NCBI GenBank assembly: GCA_963790205.1
Contig: CAWBNQ010000001.1
Coordinates: 800,001-864,000, forward strand
Length of the DNA: 64,000 bases
DNA from: Nitrospirota bacterium
GTDB lineage: Bacteria > Nitrospirota > UBA9217
Reading direction: 5' to 3'
The stretch's first letter is position 1. The number at the start of each line of letters is the position of its first letter. A program made the translations under genes and the position numbers. Below, one piece after another: positions 27,454 to 38,146 of this stretch. The notes below the pieces were generated by a model, which saw only the letters and a program-made list of their open reading frames with translations, searched no databases and was not told the origin of the DNA.

Positions 27454-30400
27454 ATGGCCATCGACAAGAATGCTGTTATCAAGGAAGCCCAGAAGTTCGC
27501 CGCCAAAGGCCAGTTCGATAAAGCCATTGCCGAGTGGAAAAAGCTCGTCAAAGAGTCTCCGAATGATGCCAATATTTTCAACACGATCGGCGACCTGTGT
27601 CTTAAAAAAGAAGCAAAAGCGGACGCGGTCGACGCCTATAAGAAGGCCGCGGACATCCTCGCTGCCGACGGGTTCACCTCCAAGGCCATCGCGCTTTACA
27701 AAAAAGTCCTCAATATAGACCCCAAAAAGATCGAAGCCCACCTTGCCCTCGCCGACCTGAACGCGGAGAAGGGCCTCACCGGAAACGCGCTTGAAAGTTA
27801 CAAGCTCGTTGCTGACCATTATAAACAGCGCCAGGAGATGTCCAAGGCCCTCGGCATCTACCAGAAGATGGCCGACCTGAACCCCTCGAACAGCGCCTTC
27901 AGGATCAAACTCGCGGACATGTACGCGAAGGAGGGCATGAAGAAGGAAGCGGTCAAGGCGTACCTCGAAGTTGCCGACGTGTACATGTCCAAAGAAGCGT
28001 TCCAGGACGCCCGGCAGATATTTGAAAAGGCCCTTGCCCTTGACCCGAACAGCAAGCAAGTCTACCACAAGGCAGGCATCATCTATTATAAGGAAGGCAA
28101 ATATGTAGAGGCCTGTAAAGCGCTCAAGCCTGCTGTTGAGAGCGACCCGTCAAATAAAGAACTTATCGACATGTATCTTGATGCGCTCGCGAAAGCCGGC
28201 CGTGATGCCGAGGCCGAGGAAATATATAAAAAGCTCCTGTCCGAGGACGCCACCAGGATCGACCTGCGCGAAAAACTGTTCCACCTCTACCTCGCGAGGA
28301 AGGAGCATGACAAGGCGCTTGCCGAAGCGAGGATCATAGCAGAAGAGCGGCTCAAAGGCAGGGAGGCTTCCGGTGAGAAGGGCTGCAAACTGCTGCCCGG
28401 CACAGGAGCGGTCGCGCCTGATGAGGGCACGAACGCCGCTCTGGAGGCCCTCAAGGGCCTTGTAGCTGAAAACCCCGGCTTTGTCGAGGCGCGGCGAACA
28501 TTGAGTGATTTCTATGCCAAGGTAGGCTGCGGACAGGATGCAGCCCGGGAACTCCTTCAGGCGGCGGAGATCCTTATCAACGAGGGCGACAAAGACGGCG
28601 CCAAGGGAGCGCTTGCCAGAGCAATCGAGCTCGCGCCCGATTTGACCGAAGCCAGGCAGCGACTCGAAAGCCTGCAGCCTCCGCCCGCAGCGCCTGGATT
28701 CGTGATCGCTGAGACGGTTGTGCCGCAACCGGCGCCACCTGTTATGCCGCCGGCCGTGCCGAGGGCCGAAGAAGACCCCGCCATTGCCGAGGCCTTCACT
28801 GAAGTGGATGTGCTCGTCAAGTACGGTCTTTCGGCCAAGGCACTGGAACAGCTCGAAGGCCTGGCGAAAAAGTTTCCCGAAAGCGTACCGGTCCGCATCA
28901 AACTGCGCGACCTCTACGGAGACCAGGGAAATGTGGGCAAGGCTGTGGCCCACATGCTCGTTCTTGCCGACCTCTATGCCAAGAGTGGTGTGCAGGACCA
29001 GGCCGAGTCTGTTTTGCAAACCGCGCTCGAGCTCGATCCCGACAATGCGGAGGTCCAGTCGCGGCTCGGCATGGCCCCGGCCCCGTCGGCGTCCGCACCG
29101 GCGCCGGCTGCGCCCGGGGAGTTTACCTTCGAGGAACCGCTCGCAGAAGCGCCGTTGCTTGATGAGGTATTGCCTCCTGCTGAAGCACAGTCTGCAGAGA
29201 TAACCACGGGATTTGAGGGGCTGGATATGACGCCTCCGGAACTAGGGGAAGAACTTGTTGTTCCCGGTCCTGCCGCACGCGACGAACCCGCGTTCGAAGC
29301 GCCTGCCGAAGAACCTCCCGCGTCCGGAGAGATCGCCTTCGAAGAGCCGTTCACGGTCCCCGACATTCCAACGGAGGGGCCGCAGCCGCCTTTGGAAGAG
29401 ATGACTGTTGCGGAGCCGCAGGAGCCGGCTCCGGGAGAACGGCTGAAACAGCCCCTCGGCCGGGAAACGGAGCGTCAAGCGTCCGCTCAAGAACCGCCGG
29501 CAAAAGAGGCGGATCTCAAGGAGATATGGGCCGAAGCCGAGTTCTACTACCAGCAGGGCCTGTTCGACGAGGCAAAGAAGCATTACGCAAAGATCATACA
29601 ATACGATCCGGGCGACAAACAGGCGATCGACCGTCTCACTGAGATATCCCGTGAAGCGGAGGAGACGCAGGAATTTTCAAAGCTCGCCGAAGCGGTCGAT
29701 GAGCTTGAAGGGTATGCACCGGCAAGCGGGACAGGTGAGTCCGGAGCAGTAATGGCCGCGAGCGAATCCGATGATGAAGCGGTCCGCATGCTGATGCAGG
29801 AAATAGCGCAGCTCAAGCAGCAAAGCGGAACACCGCCGGTCGAAGCCGCGGCCCCTCCGGCTCCCCCGAAGGCTCCTGTCGTTGACGAGAAAATGAACGT
29901 CACGGCAGTCCCCGGCAGGACGGACGCGCGGCAACAAGAACAACGCGCGGAAGAGGATTTCTTCGACCTCGGCGAGGAATTGCGCGAAAGCGGAACCCCG
30001 GCGCTCCCTCCGAAGCGAAAAGGACAGGAAGCGAAGCAGCCCGATGATTTCTTCGATCTCGCTTCGGAGCTCCGGGACGAGCTGAGCAGCGTCGCCGTTC
30101 CGCCGCCGTCATCCGCGTCCGCCGAAGAGCAGAGCCTGGACGATATCTTCGAGGAATTCAAAAAAGGCGTTGAGAAGCAGGCGGTCAAGGAAGACGTCGA
30201 TACCCACTATAACCTCGGTGTTGCCTATAAGGAGATGGGGCTCTTGGATGACGCGATCGCCGAGTTCGTTTTGACGCCGGAACAGGAGCCCAAGTTCGTT
30301 CAGAGCCGTTATATGCTCGGCCTGTGCTACATGGACAAGGGCGAGTATCAGAAGGCCATTGCCGAGATACAGAATGCATTGAAGTATTCAGAAAATTTCG

Positions 30401-30687
30401 GCGTCGACGTTCAAGAACGCATCGGCCTTTACTATGACCTCGGGCTCGCGTACCAGCTTGCGGGAGAGGCGGGCAGTGCACTGAGTGAGTTCCAGAAAGT
30501 TTACAATATTGACCCGGGATATCGGGATGCCGCCTCCAAGATAAAGGAGCTCCAGAAGGGAGACTTCATATCTCTTGAACAGCTGAAGGACGACATCGAA
30601 AAGGAGATTTCCTTCAAGTTCCTTGAGGAAGGCGAACGGATAGAACGCGAGGAAAAAATCCGGAAAAATGAAAAAGTCAGAAACTGA
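27454..30687 (+). CDS. Large TPR protein with acidic Pro/Glu-rich linkers (FimV/polar-hub-like architecture)
   Basis: N- and C-terminal TPR arrays; EVDVLVKYGL and EAEFYYQQGL modules; THYNLGVAYKEMGL. Confidence 0.8.
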   Translation: MAIDKNAVIKEAQKFAAKGQFDKAIAEWKKLVKESPNDANIFNTIGDLCLKKEAKADAVDAYKKAADILAADGFTSKAIALYKKVLNIDPKKIEAHLALADLNAEKGLTGNALESYKLVADHYKQRQEMSKALGIYQKMADLNPSNSAFRIKLADMYAKEGMKKEAVKAYLEVADVYMSKEAFQDARQIFEKALALDPNSKQVYHKAGIIYYKEGKYVEACKALKPAVESDPSNKELIDMYLDALAKAGRDAEAEEIYKKLLSEDATRIDLREKLFHLYLARKEHDKALAEARIIAEERLKGREASGEKGCKLLPGTGAVAPDEGTNAALEALKGLVAENPGFVEARRTLSDFYAKVGCGQDAARELLQAAEILINEGDKDGAKGALARAIELAPDLTEARQRLESLQPPPAAPGFVIAETVVPQPAPPVMPPAVPRAEEDPAIAEAFTEVDVLVKYGLSAKALEQLEGLAKKFPESVPVRIKLRDLYGDQGNVGKAVAHMLVLADLYAKSGVQDQAESVLQTALELDPDNAEVQSRLGMAPAPSASAPAPAAPGEFTFEEPLAEAPLLDEVLPPAEAQSAEITTGFEGLDMTPPELGEELVVPGPAARDEPAFEAPAEEPPASGEIAFEEPFTVPDIPTEGPQPPLEEMTVAEPQEPAPGERLKQPLGRETERQASAQEPPAKEADLKEIWAEAEFYYQQGLFDEAKKHYAKIIQYDPGDKQAIDRLTEISREAEETQEFSKLAEAVDELEGYAPASGTGESGAVMAASESDDEAVRMLMQEIAQLKQQSGTPPVEAAAPPAPPKAPVVDEKMNVTAVPGRTDARQQEQRAEEDFFDLGEELRESGTPALPPKRKGQEAKQPDDFFDLASELRDELSSVAVPPPSSASAEEQSLDDIFEEFKKGVEKQAVKEDVDTHYNLGVAYKEMGLLDDAIAEFVLTPEQEPKFVQSRYMLGLCYMDKGEYQKAIAEIQNALKYSENFGVDVQERIGLYYDLGLAYQLAGEAGSALSEFQKVYNIDPGYRDAASKIKELQKGDFISLEQLKDDIEKEISFKFLEEGERIEREEKIRKNEKVRN

Positions 30688-30689
30688 CA

Positions 30690-30794
30690 TGCCTAATTTT
30701 TAGGCTGCTGATTAAATATAAGGCAGTACTCTCTCCTCTTCTTACCATTAATCCACTGAAAGTTAATATTTTTTGTTCTAGCATTAAAATTGCT
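30690..30794 (+). promoter_or_regulatory. Candidate NtrC-type enhancer pair plus degenerate sigma54 promoter for glnB-glnA
   Basis: TGCCTAATTTTTAGGCT (30690-30706), TGATTAAATATAAGGCA (30709-30725), TAGCAT-N5-TTGCT (30779-30794; AG in place of GG). Confidence 0.4.
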
Positions 30795-30799
30795 TCTAA

Positions 30800-31158
<359 letters not shown>

Positions 31159-31159
<1 letters not shown>

Positions 31160-31249
31160 AATAAATTATGAATTCCGAAATCCGAAGCTCTAAATAATTT
31201 AGAATTTCGAAATTAGAAAAAATTAGAAATTAGGATTTGATATTAAATT
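31159..31249. repeat. AT-rich heptamer repeat between glnB and glnA
   Basis: AATTCCG AAATCCG ... AATTTCG AAATTAG AAATTAG AAATTAG. Confidence 0.55.
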
Positions 31250-31262
31250 GAGGAGGAACCAA

Positions 31263-32675
31263 ATGACACCGAAAGATGCACTGAAGCTGGCAAAAGAGAA
31301 CAAGGCAATGATGGTCGACTTCAAATTCATGGATTTCCCGGGGTTGTGGCAGCACTTTTCCGTCCCGGTGGACGAACTGACCGAGGGCATCTTCGAGGAA
31401 GGCCTCGGTTTCGACGGATCGAGCATCCGCGGCTGGCAGTCTATCCATACCTCGGACATGCTCGTCGTGCCCGATGCCGAAACGGCGGTGATGGACCCCT
31501 TCACCAAGTATCCGACCATGTCGCTGATCTGCAACATCGTAGACCCGATCACGAAGGAGCGTTACTCCCGCGATCCGCGCTACATCGCACAGAAGGCCGA
31601 AGCGTACCTCAAGTCCACCGGCATCGGTGACACCTGCTACATGGGTCCCGAGCCGGAATTCTTCATTTTCGACGACGTCCGCTTTGACCAGAATTCCCAC
31701 GAAGGCTACTACCACATCGACAGCAGCGAAGGCATATGGAACAGCGGCCGCGTGGAAAACCCGAACCTCGGTTACAAACCGCGCCACAAGGAAGGCTACT
31801 TCCCGGTGCCGCCCATCGACTCCCAGGAGGACATCCGCTCCGAGATGGTAGAAGAGATGCAGAAGGTCGGCATCTACGTGGAGCGCCAGCACCATGAAGT
31901 GGCGACCGCGGGCCAGGCCGAGATCGATATCCGGTTCAGCAACCTGGTCAAGTGCGCCGACCAGGTCATGTTCTTCAAGTACATCATCAAGAACGTGGCC
32001 AAGCGGAACGGGAAGACCGTGACCTTCATGCCCAAACCTCTTTTCGGAGATAACGGCTCGGGCATGCATACCCACCAGTCCATCTGGAAGGGCGGCAAGC
32101 CCCTGTTCTCCGGTGACCAGTATGCCGGCATGTCCCAGATGGCGCTCCACTACATCGGCGGCATCCTCAAACATGCGAAAGTGATCGCCGCCTTCACGAA
32201 CCCCACGATGAACTCCTACAAACGCCTGACCCCGGGCTTCGAAGCGCCGGTGAACCTGGCCTACTCGAGCCGGAACCGCTCGGCCTCGGTCCGTATCCCG
32301 ATGTACAGTGCGAACCCCAAGACCAAGAGGATCGAGGTACGCTTCCCCGACCCGTCCTGCAACCCCTACATGGCCTTCGCTGCCATGCTGATGGCGGGCC
32401 TCGACGGCATTGAGAACAAGATCGATCCGGGCCAGCCGCTCGACAAGGACATCTATGATATGGCTCCGGAAGAACTGGCGAACGTGCCTTCCATGCCGGG
32501 ATCGCTTGAAGAGGCGCTGGACAACCTCGAAGCGGACCACAGCTTCTTGATGAAGGGCGACGTGTTCACCAAGGACGCCATCGAAATGCATATCAACTAC
32601 AAGAGGACCAAGGAAGTGGACGCGCTCCGGCTCCGTCCCCATCCTTACGAGTTCTTCCTGTACTATGACATTTAA
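31263..32675 (+). CDS. glnA: Glutamine synthetase type I (beta; adenylylation motif)
   Basis: [42 protein letters not shown]. Confidence 0.98.
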   Translation: MTPKDALKLAKENKAMMVDFKFMDFPGLWQHFSVPVDELTEGIFEEGLGFDGSSIRGWQSIHTSDMLVVPDAETAVMDPFTKYPTMSLICNIVDPITKERYSRDPRYIAQKAEAYLKSTGIGDTCYMGPEPEFFIFDDVRFDQNSHEGYYHIDSSEGIWNSGRVENPNLGYKPRHKEGYFPVPPIDSQEDIRSEMVEEMQKVGIYVERQHHEVATAGQAEIDIRFSNLVKCADQVMFFKYIIKNVAKRNGKTVTFMPKPLFGDNGSGMHTHQSIWKGGKPLFSGDQYAGMSQMALHYIGGILKHAKVIAAFTNPTMNSYKRLTPGFEAPVNLAYSSRNRSASVRIPMYSANPKTKRIEVRFPDPSCNPYMAFAAMLMAGLDGIENKIDPGQPLDKDIYDMAPEELANVPSMPGSLEEALDNLEADHSFLMKGDVFTKDAIEMHINYKRTKEVDALRLRPHPYEFFLYYDI

Positions 32676-32698
32676 CAGTTGATTGATGCACTGCACTC

Positions 32699-32738
32699 AA
32701 AACCGGAACTCTCTTAATGAAAGGGTTCCGGTTTTTTT
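32699..32738 (+). terminator. Intrinsic terminator after glnA
   Basis: AACCGGAACTCT/AGGGTTCCGGTT stem plus T7. Confidence 0.85.
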
Positions 32739-32810
32739 CGTCTGTAGCTTTTTCCCTCCGTCGCTTCACCTTGTTTGAACTTGTCGCCGGTCTCACGCTA
32801 TAATATCATT

Positions 32811-35800
32811 ATGAAACTGTCCGATCTTCTTGACACTCGGGTCATCACCGTCAACCTGAAGGCACGGGACAAAAGAGGGGCTTTGGAGGAGATGGTCGGC
32901 ATTCTCCGGAGGTCCGGGCGGCTCAGGGACTCCGGTGAAATAGTCAAAGCCCTTCTGGACAGGGAGGCCACCGAGAGCACCGCCGTGGGACGGGGGGTGG
33001 CGTTTCCCCACGCGAGGGTGGACGGCCTGAAGGACCCCGTTGCCCTCCTCGCTGTGTCAAAAAGGGGCGTTGATTTTTTTGCCAGGGATCATCATCCAGT
33101 CCACTTGTTCTTTCTTTTTTTGACCCCCACGGAAAAGACGGATGTTCATCTCCAGATTCTTTCCAAGTCATCCGCGATCTTTTCCGACGCCCCTCTTTAT
33201 CACACCCTCAAGCGGGTCAGGACCCCTCATTCCGCCCTCGGTCTCCTCCTCCATCATGAAAAGGGCGGGAAGGAGGTCTTCTTCCCGCTGCCTCTGGAGA
33301 ACATCTACGAGGAACTCGGCACGGATGCGTCCGGGCTGACGGAAGAGGAGGCATTGAAAAGGCTGGAACGCTACGGCCCCAATGTCCTGAAAGAGGTCAG
33401 GGGAAAGCCCCTCCTCTTACGGTTTATCGAGAACTTTACAAGTTTTTTCGCCCTCCTCCTCTGGACAGGAGGAATTCTGGCATTTTTCGCCCGACATGCC
33501 GGAGCTTGGCTGGGCCATCTTTGCCGTAATCATCATCAATGCGGTCTTCAGCTTCTGGCAGGAGTACAAGGCGGAACGGGCACTGGAGGCGCTCAAGAGG
33601 CTTCTACCCCGCATGGCCCGCGTCCTCCGGGCCGGGACGAAGAAGGAGGTGCCGGCAACGGACCTTGTCCCCGGGGACATTATTCTCCTGGAGGAAGGAG
33701 ACGCTGTCTCGGCGGATGCGCGGCTCATTGAAGCATCGGACATGCGGGTCGACAACTCTACACTTACCGGCGAGTCGAAGCCGATCCATAAAACAGCTGA
33801 GGCGGTCGCTGACGGCAGGGAGTTTCTCTGGACCGAGATCCCGAACCTCGTTTTTGCGGGCACAACGGTTTCATCCGGAAGCGGCAGGGGCGCGGTCATC
33901 GCAACGGGGATGCACACGGAGATCGGCAGGATCGCCTCCCTTACCCAGGAGCTGAAGGATGAAAAAAGTCCTCTTCAGCACGAGATAGAAAAGGTAACAA
34001 AAATCGTCACCATCCTCTCGGTGTCAATGGGCGTCCTCTTCTTCTTCATCGGGACCTCCCTCGGCAAGCTGAGCCTCGCCGCTGCATTCCTCTTCGCCAT
34101 AGGGATCATCGTCGCCAATGTGCCCGAGGGGCTCCTACCTACTGTTTCCCTGTCCCTGGCAATGGCAGTGCAGCGCATGGTCAAAAGGAACGTGCTGGTG
34201 AAAAAACTCTCGTCGGTAGAGACCCTGGGGTGCACGACGGTCATCTGCACGGACAAGACCGGCACGCTCACGACCAACGAGATGACAGTGACAAAGATAT
34301 GGGTCAACGGGAAAGTGATCGAGATAAGCGGTGCGCACTACGAGCCTGCTGGAAATTTTTATTACCAGGGGGTCTCGTTGTCGCGCGAGGAGATGAGGGA
34401 GAACGGCCTTTACCGGCTCTTTGACGCTTCGATCCTCTGCAACAGCTCTTCTTTGCTTCCTCCTCAAAAAGCCGGAGATAGGTGGTCAATTCTGGGAGAC
34501 CCAACCGAAGCTGCCCTCCTGGTCATGGCCGCAAAAGGGGGGATTGACATTGCTGCAAGGAGCCGCGCCTTCCCCCGGATCGGCCATCTTCCTTTCGAGT
34601 CCGTGAGGAAGCGGATGACCTGTATCAACCTTGTCGAGGGCAGGCCCGCGGCCCACGTCAAAGGAGCGCCTGCGGAGACCCTGGTGCTTTGCACGCACAT
34701 TCTTCTGAACAACAGAAGCGAACCGCTGACAGACGAGCTTCGCCGGAACATCCTGTTGGAAAACGATGCCCTTGCAAAGGACGGGCTGCGCGTGCTCGGG
34801 ATCGCAGAGAGGCCTCTTGAGTCCGATGGCGGATTCAGCGTCGAGAAGACCGAGAGGGACTTGATCTTCCTGGGACTCACCGGAATGATGGACCCGCCGC
34901 GGCCTGAGGTGCCCAAGGCCATGGAGCTTTGCCGCAGGGCGGGGATCAAAGCAATCATGATCACCGGAGACTACGGCCTCACTGCCCTCGCCATAGCGAA
35001 AAAGATCGGCCTTGCGCGGACGGAGAACCCGCGCGTTATGACAGGCCATGAGCTCTCCGAGATCGACGAGGAAGGCCTCAATCGGATTTTGAAGGAAGAG
35101 GTGATCTTCGCCCGGGTCTCGCCCGAGCACAAGATGAGGATCGTTTCAGCCCTGAAGCAATCGGGCGAGGTCGTCGCGGTGACCGGCGACGGGGTGAACG
35201 ACGCGCCTGCGCTTAAGAAGGCGGACATCGGCGTGGCCATGGGCATGCGGGGCTCCGACGTGGCCAAGGAAGCTGCGGCCATGATCCTCATTGATGACAA
35301 CTTCGCCTCCATCGTGTCGGCCATCGAAGAGGGCCGGGCCGTGTATTCCAATATCAAGAAGTTCGTGGCCTACATATTCGCGAGCAACATCCCCGAGGTC
35401 GTTCCCTTCATCGCCTTCGTCCTGTTCAAGATCCCTCTCCCGCTCACGGTGATGCAGATCCTGGCCGTGGACCTGGGCACGGACCTCGTGCCTGCCCTTG
35501 GCCTCGGAACAGAGCCGCCTGAGCCCGGCACCATGGACCAGCCCCCGAGACCGCGGGACAAAAGGCTCCTCGATCTGCCGCTTCTCCTTCGGGCCTACTG
35601 TTTTCTGGGGCCCATCGAGGCGGTTGCCAGTATGGCCGGGTTCTTCTTCATCTACCTCGAAAACGGGTGGAGGCCCGGGATAGAGATGGCGGATTCGGGA
35701 ACGCTATATCTTACTGCCACAACCATGTCCCTTGCCGGTATCGTGGCCTCTCAAATCGGCAATGTCTTTGCGTGCAGGACCGAGCGGGAATCGGTATTCA

Positions 35801-36009
35801 GTGCCGGGCTCTTTGCCAACAGGCTTGTCCTGTGGGGTATCGCAACAGAGCTCGCTATCATAACATGCCTGATTTATGCGCCTCCTTTGCAAAGGATCTT
35901 CGGGCTTGCCCCTCTCGCTATCAAGGAATTGGCCTTTCTTCTGATCTTCCCTCCTATCCTTCTGTTGATGGAGGAGGCAAGGAAGAGGATCGTAAGAAGA
36001 GCAGCGTGA
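32811..36009 (+). CDS. PTS EIIA domain fused to a P2-type (Na,K/H,K-like) cation ATPase; frameshift near 33491
   Basis: EIIA: REATESTAVGRGVAFPHAR; ATPase N-domain GLTEEEA..RL..YGPN in the same frame; removing one C gives AFFADMPEL; TGES, ANVPEGL, DKTGTLT, TGD, GDGVND, SNIPE, DLGTD. Confidence 0.85.
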
Positions 36010-36041
36010 GACTCTGCACCACCCCCTTTCTCGAAACTCGC

Positions 36042-36108
36042 CTTTATGAAATTTTTATGTTTTTCGCGCCGTTCTTAGCAGCAATTTAATCCCGGATATG
36101 CTTATATT
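36042..36108 (+). promoter_or_regulatory. KdpE-box-type promoter of kdp operon
   Basis: T-rich TTTAT direct repeats and -10 TATATT; aligns without gaps to 41353-41401. Confidence 0.65.
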
Positions 36109-36132
36109 TATGCATGCAGAGGAGGTAGCCGG

Positions 36133-36213
36133 ATGGACATCCTGTTTGTCGGAATTACGATTGTGCTCTTCGTTGCAAGCTGGTTTTTCGTGAAACTTGT
36201 TGAACGAGTGTAA
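36133..36213 (+). CDS. 26-aa single-TM micro-peptide upstream of kdpF
   Basis: MDILFVGITIVLFVASWFFVKLVERV; strong GGAGGT RBS; absent from the ORF track. Confidence 0.7.
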   Translation: MDILFVGITIVLFVASWFFVKLVERV

Positions 36214-36235
36214 AAATTGCGGGAGGGGAGACGCG

Positions 36236-36328
36236 ATGGAAATCTTCTACTGGATAGGCGGCATTCTCGCCGCAGCGTTGTTGGTCTATCTCTTGATAGC
36301 ACTTCTTAAACCGGAGGCATTGTCATGA
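36236..36328 (+). CDS. kdpF: K+-transporting ATPase subunit F
   Basis: MEIFYWIGGILAAALLVYLLIALLKPEALS (YL..ALLKPE motif); ATGA overlap with kdpA. Confidence 0.88.
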   Translation: MEIFYWIGGILAAALLVYLLIALLKPEALS

Positions 36329-38127
36329 CCGGCAACGATCTTGTGCAAATAATTTTATATTTTGGCGTTTTGCTGCTCCTCGCAAAACCGCTCGGTGTCT
36401 ACATGGCGCGGGTCTACGAAGGACAGCCTTCGGGCCTGGACCGAATGCTCGGCCCTTTTGAACGCCTTTTCTACCGGCTTTGCGGCATTAAGCCGGAGGA
36501 GGAAATGAGCTGGAAGAAGTACGCCGGTGCAGTGCTTCTCTTCAGCGCAGCGGGATTTTCCTTCCTCTATCTTCTGCAACGGCTTCAGGGAATGCTGCCG
36601 CTCAATCCGCAAAAGTTCGCAGGGGTCCGGCCTGACCTTGCCTTCAACACGGCAGTGAGCTTCGTTACGAACACGAACTGGCAGAACTACGGCGGTGAAA
36701 CAACGATGAGCTACCTCACGCAAATGGCAGGGCTTGCGGTCCAGAATTTCGTGTCAGCGGCAGCCGGCATGGCAGTGCTCGTTGCCATGATCCGCGGGTT
36801 CAAGAGACACTCGGCTGACACCATTGGTAATTTCTGGGCCGATCTCACCCGTTCAACGCTGTATATCCTGATCCCGCTTTCACTGATCTATTCACTGCTG
36901 CTCGTTTCGCAAGGTGTAGTCCAAACGTTCAGCGAGTACAAGACCGTGCAGCTCATTCACGGCATCACCTACGATAATCCGAAGCTCGATGCCCAGGGCT
37001 ATTCGATCAAGGATGAAAAGGGGAATCCGGTGACTGAGAAGGCGGAGATGAAAGAGCAGGTCATCCCGCTCGGCCCTGCTGCTTCTCAGATCGCGATTAA
37101 ACAGCTTGGGACGAACGGCGGCGGCTTCTTCAATGTCAATTCAGCCCATCCTTTTGAGAACCCGACCGCGCTCTCCGATTTCCTGGAGGTCCTGGCGATC
37201 CTCCTGATACCTGCTGCGCTCTGTATCACCTTCGGCAAGATGGTCGGAGACATGCGCCAGGGGTGGGCCCTTCTTGCGGCGATGATTATTGTGCTTGTCA
37301 CGCTGACGACCCTGTGTGTCTGGAGTGAACAGCACGGCAATCCGCGTTTCGCATCCATCGGGGTTGATCAACAAGCAAGCGACATGCAGCCGGGCGGCAA
37401 CATGGAGGGAAAGGAAGCGCGCTTCGGGATCGTGAACTCCGCGATCTGGGCCACCGCTACCACGGCGGCTTCGAACGGTTCCATCAATTCGATGCACGAT
37501 TCCTTCACGCCAATGGGCGGTCTCTATCCCATGGTGCTCATCCAGCTTGGCGAAGTCATCTTCGGCGGAGTCGGATCGGGACTTTACGGCATGCTGGTCC
37601 TGGCCATTATTACGGTCTTCATAGCGGGCCTCATGGTAGGGCGCACGCCGGAGTATCTGGGCAAGAAGATCGAGATGTTCGAGATGAAGATGGCCTCGGT
37701 CGCGGTACTCGTTGTCAATGCCCTGGTCAAGATCGGCACGGCAGTCGGCGTTGCGACTACAGCGGGAGCAGCGGGAGTCGCGAACCCCGGCCCGCATGGA
37801 TTTTCAGAGATCCTCTACGCCTTCTCATCTGCAGCGAACAATAACGGCAGTGCCTTTGCGGGCCTATCCGCCAACACGATCTTCTATAACACTGCCCTCG
37901 GCATCTCCATGTTCCTCGGCCGGTTCTGGGTGATCATCCCGGTGCTTGCCATTGCGGGCTCGCTTGCGAAGAAGAAGCAGGTTCCTGCGGGCTTGGGAAC
38001 GCTGCCGACCCATACGCCCTTGTTCGTGGCGCTCCTGATCGGAGTCATTGTGATCGTAGGCGCTTTGACGTTCATGCCGGCCTGGGCGCTCGGGCCGATT
38101 GCTGAACATTTGATGGCCACACGATAG
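36325..38127 (+). CDS. kdpA: K+-transporting ATPase subunit A
   Basis: SFVTNTNWQ, LGTNGGG, SNGS, GVGSG, NNGSAF selectivity motifs. Confidence 0.97.
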   Translation: MTGNDLVQIILYFGVLLLLAKPLGVYMARVYEGQPSGLDRMLGPFERLFYRLCGIKPEEEMSWKKYAGAVLLFSAAGFSFLYLLQRLQGMLPLNPQKFAGVRPDLAFNTAVSFVTNTNWQNYGGETTMSYLTQMAGLAVQNFVSAAAGMAVLVAMIRGFKRHSADTIGNFWADLTRSTLYILIPLSLIYSLLLVSQGVVQTFSEYKTVQLIHGITYDNPKLDAQGYSIKDEKGNPVTEKAEMKEQVIPLGPAASQIAIKQLGTNGGGFFNVNSAHPFENPTALSDFLEVLAILLIPAALCITFGKMVGDMRQGWALLAAMIIVLVTLTTLCVWSEQHGNPRFASIGVDQQASDMQPGGNMEGKEARFGIVNSAIWATATTAASNGSINSMHDSFTPMGGLYPMVLIQLGEVIFGGVGSGLYGMLVLAIITVFIAGLMVGRTPEYLGKKIEMFEMKMASVAVLVVNALVKIGTAVGVATTAGAAGVANPGPHGFSEILYAFSSAANNNGSAFAGLSANTIFYNTALGISMFLGRFWVIIPVLAIAGSLAKKKQVPAGLGTLPTHTPLFVALLIGVIVIVGALTFMPAWALGPIAEHLMATR

Positions 38128-38146
38128 CAGGAACCATTGAGGAGAA

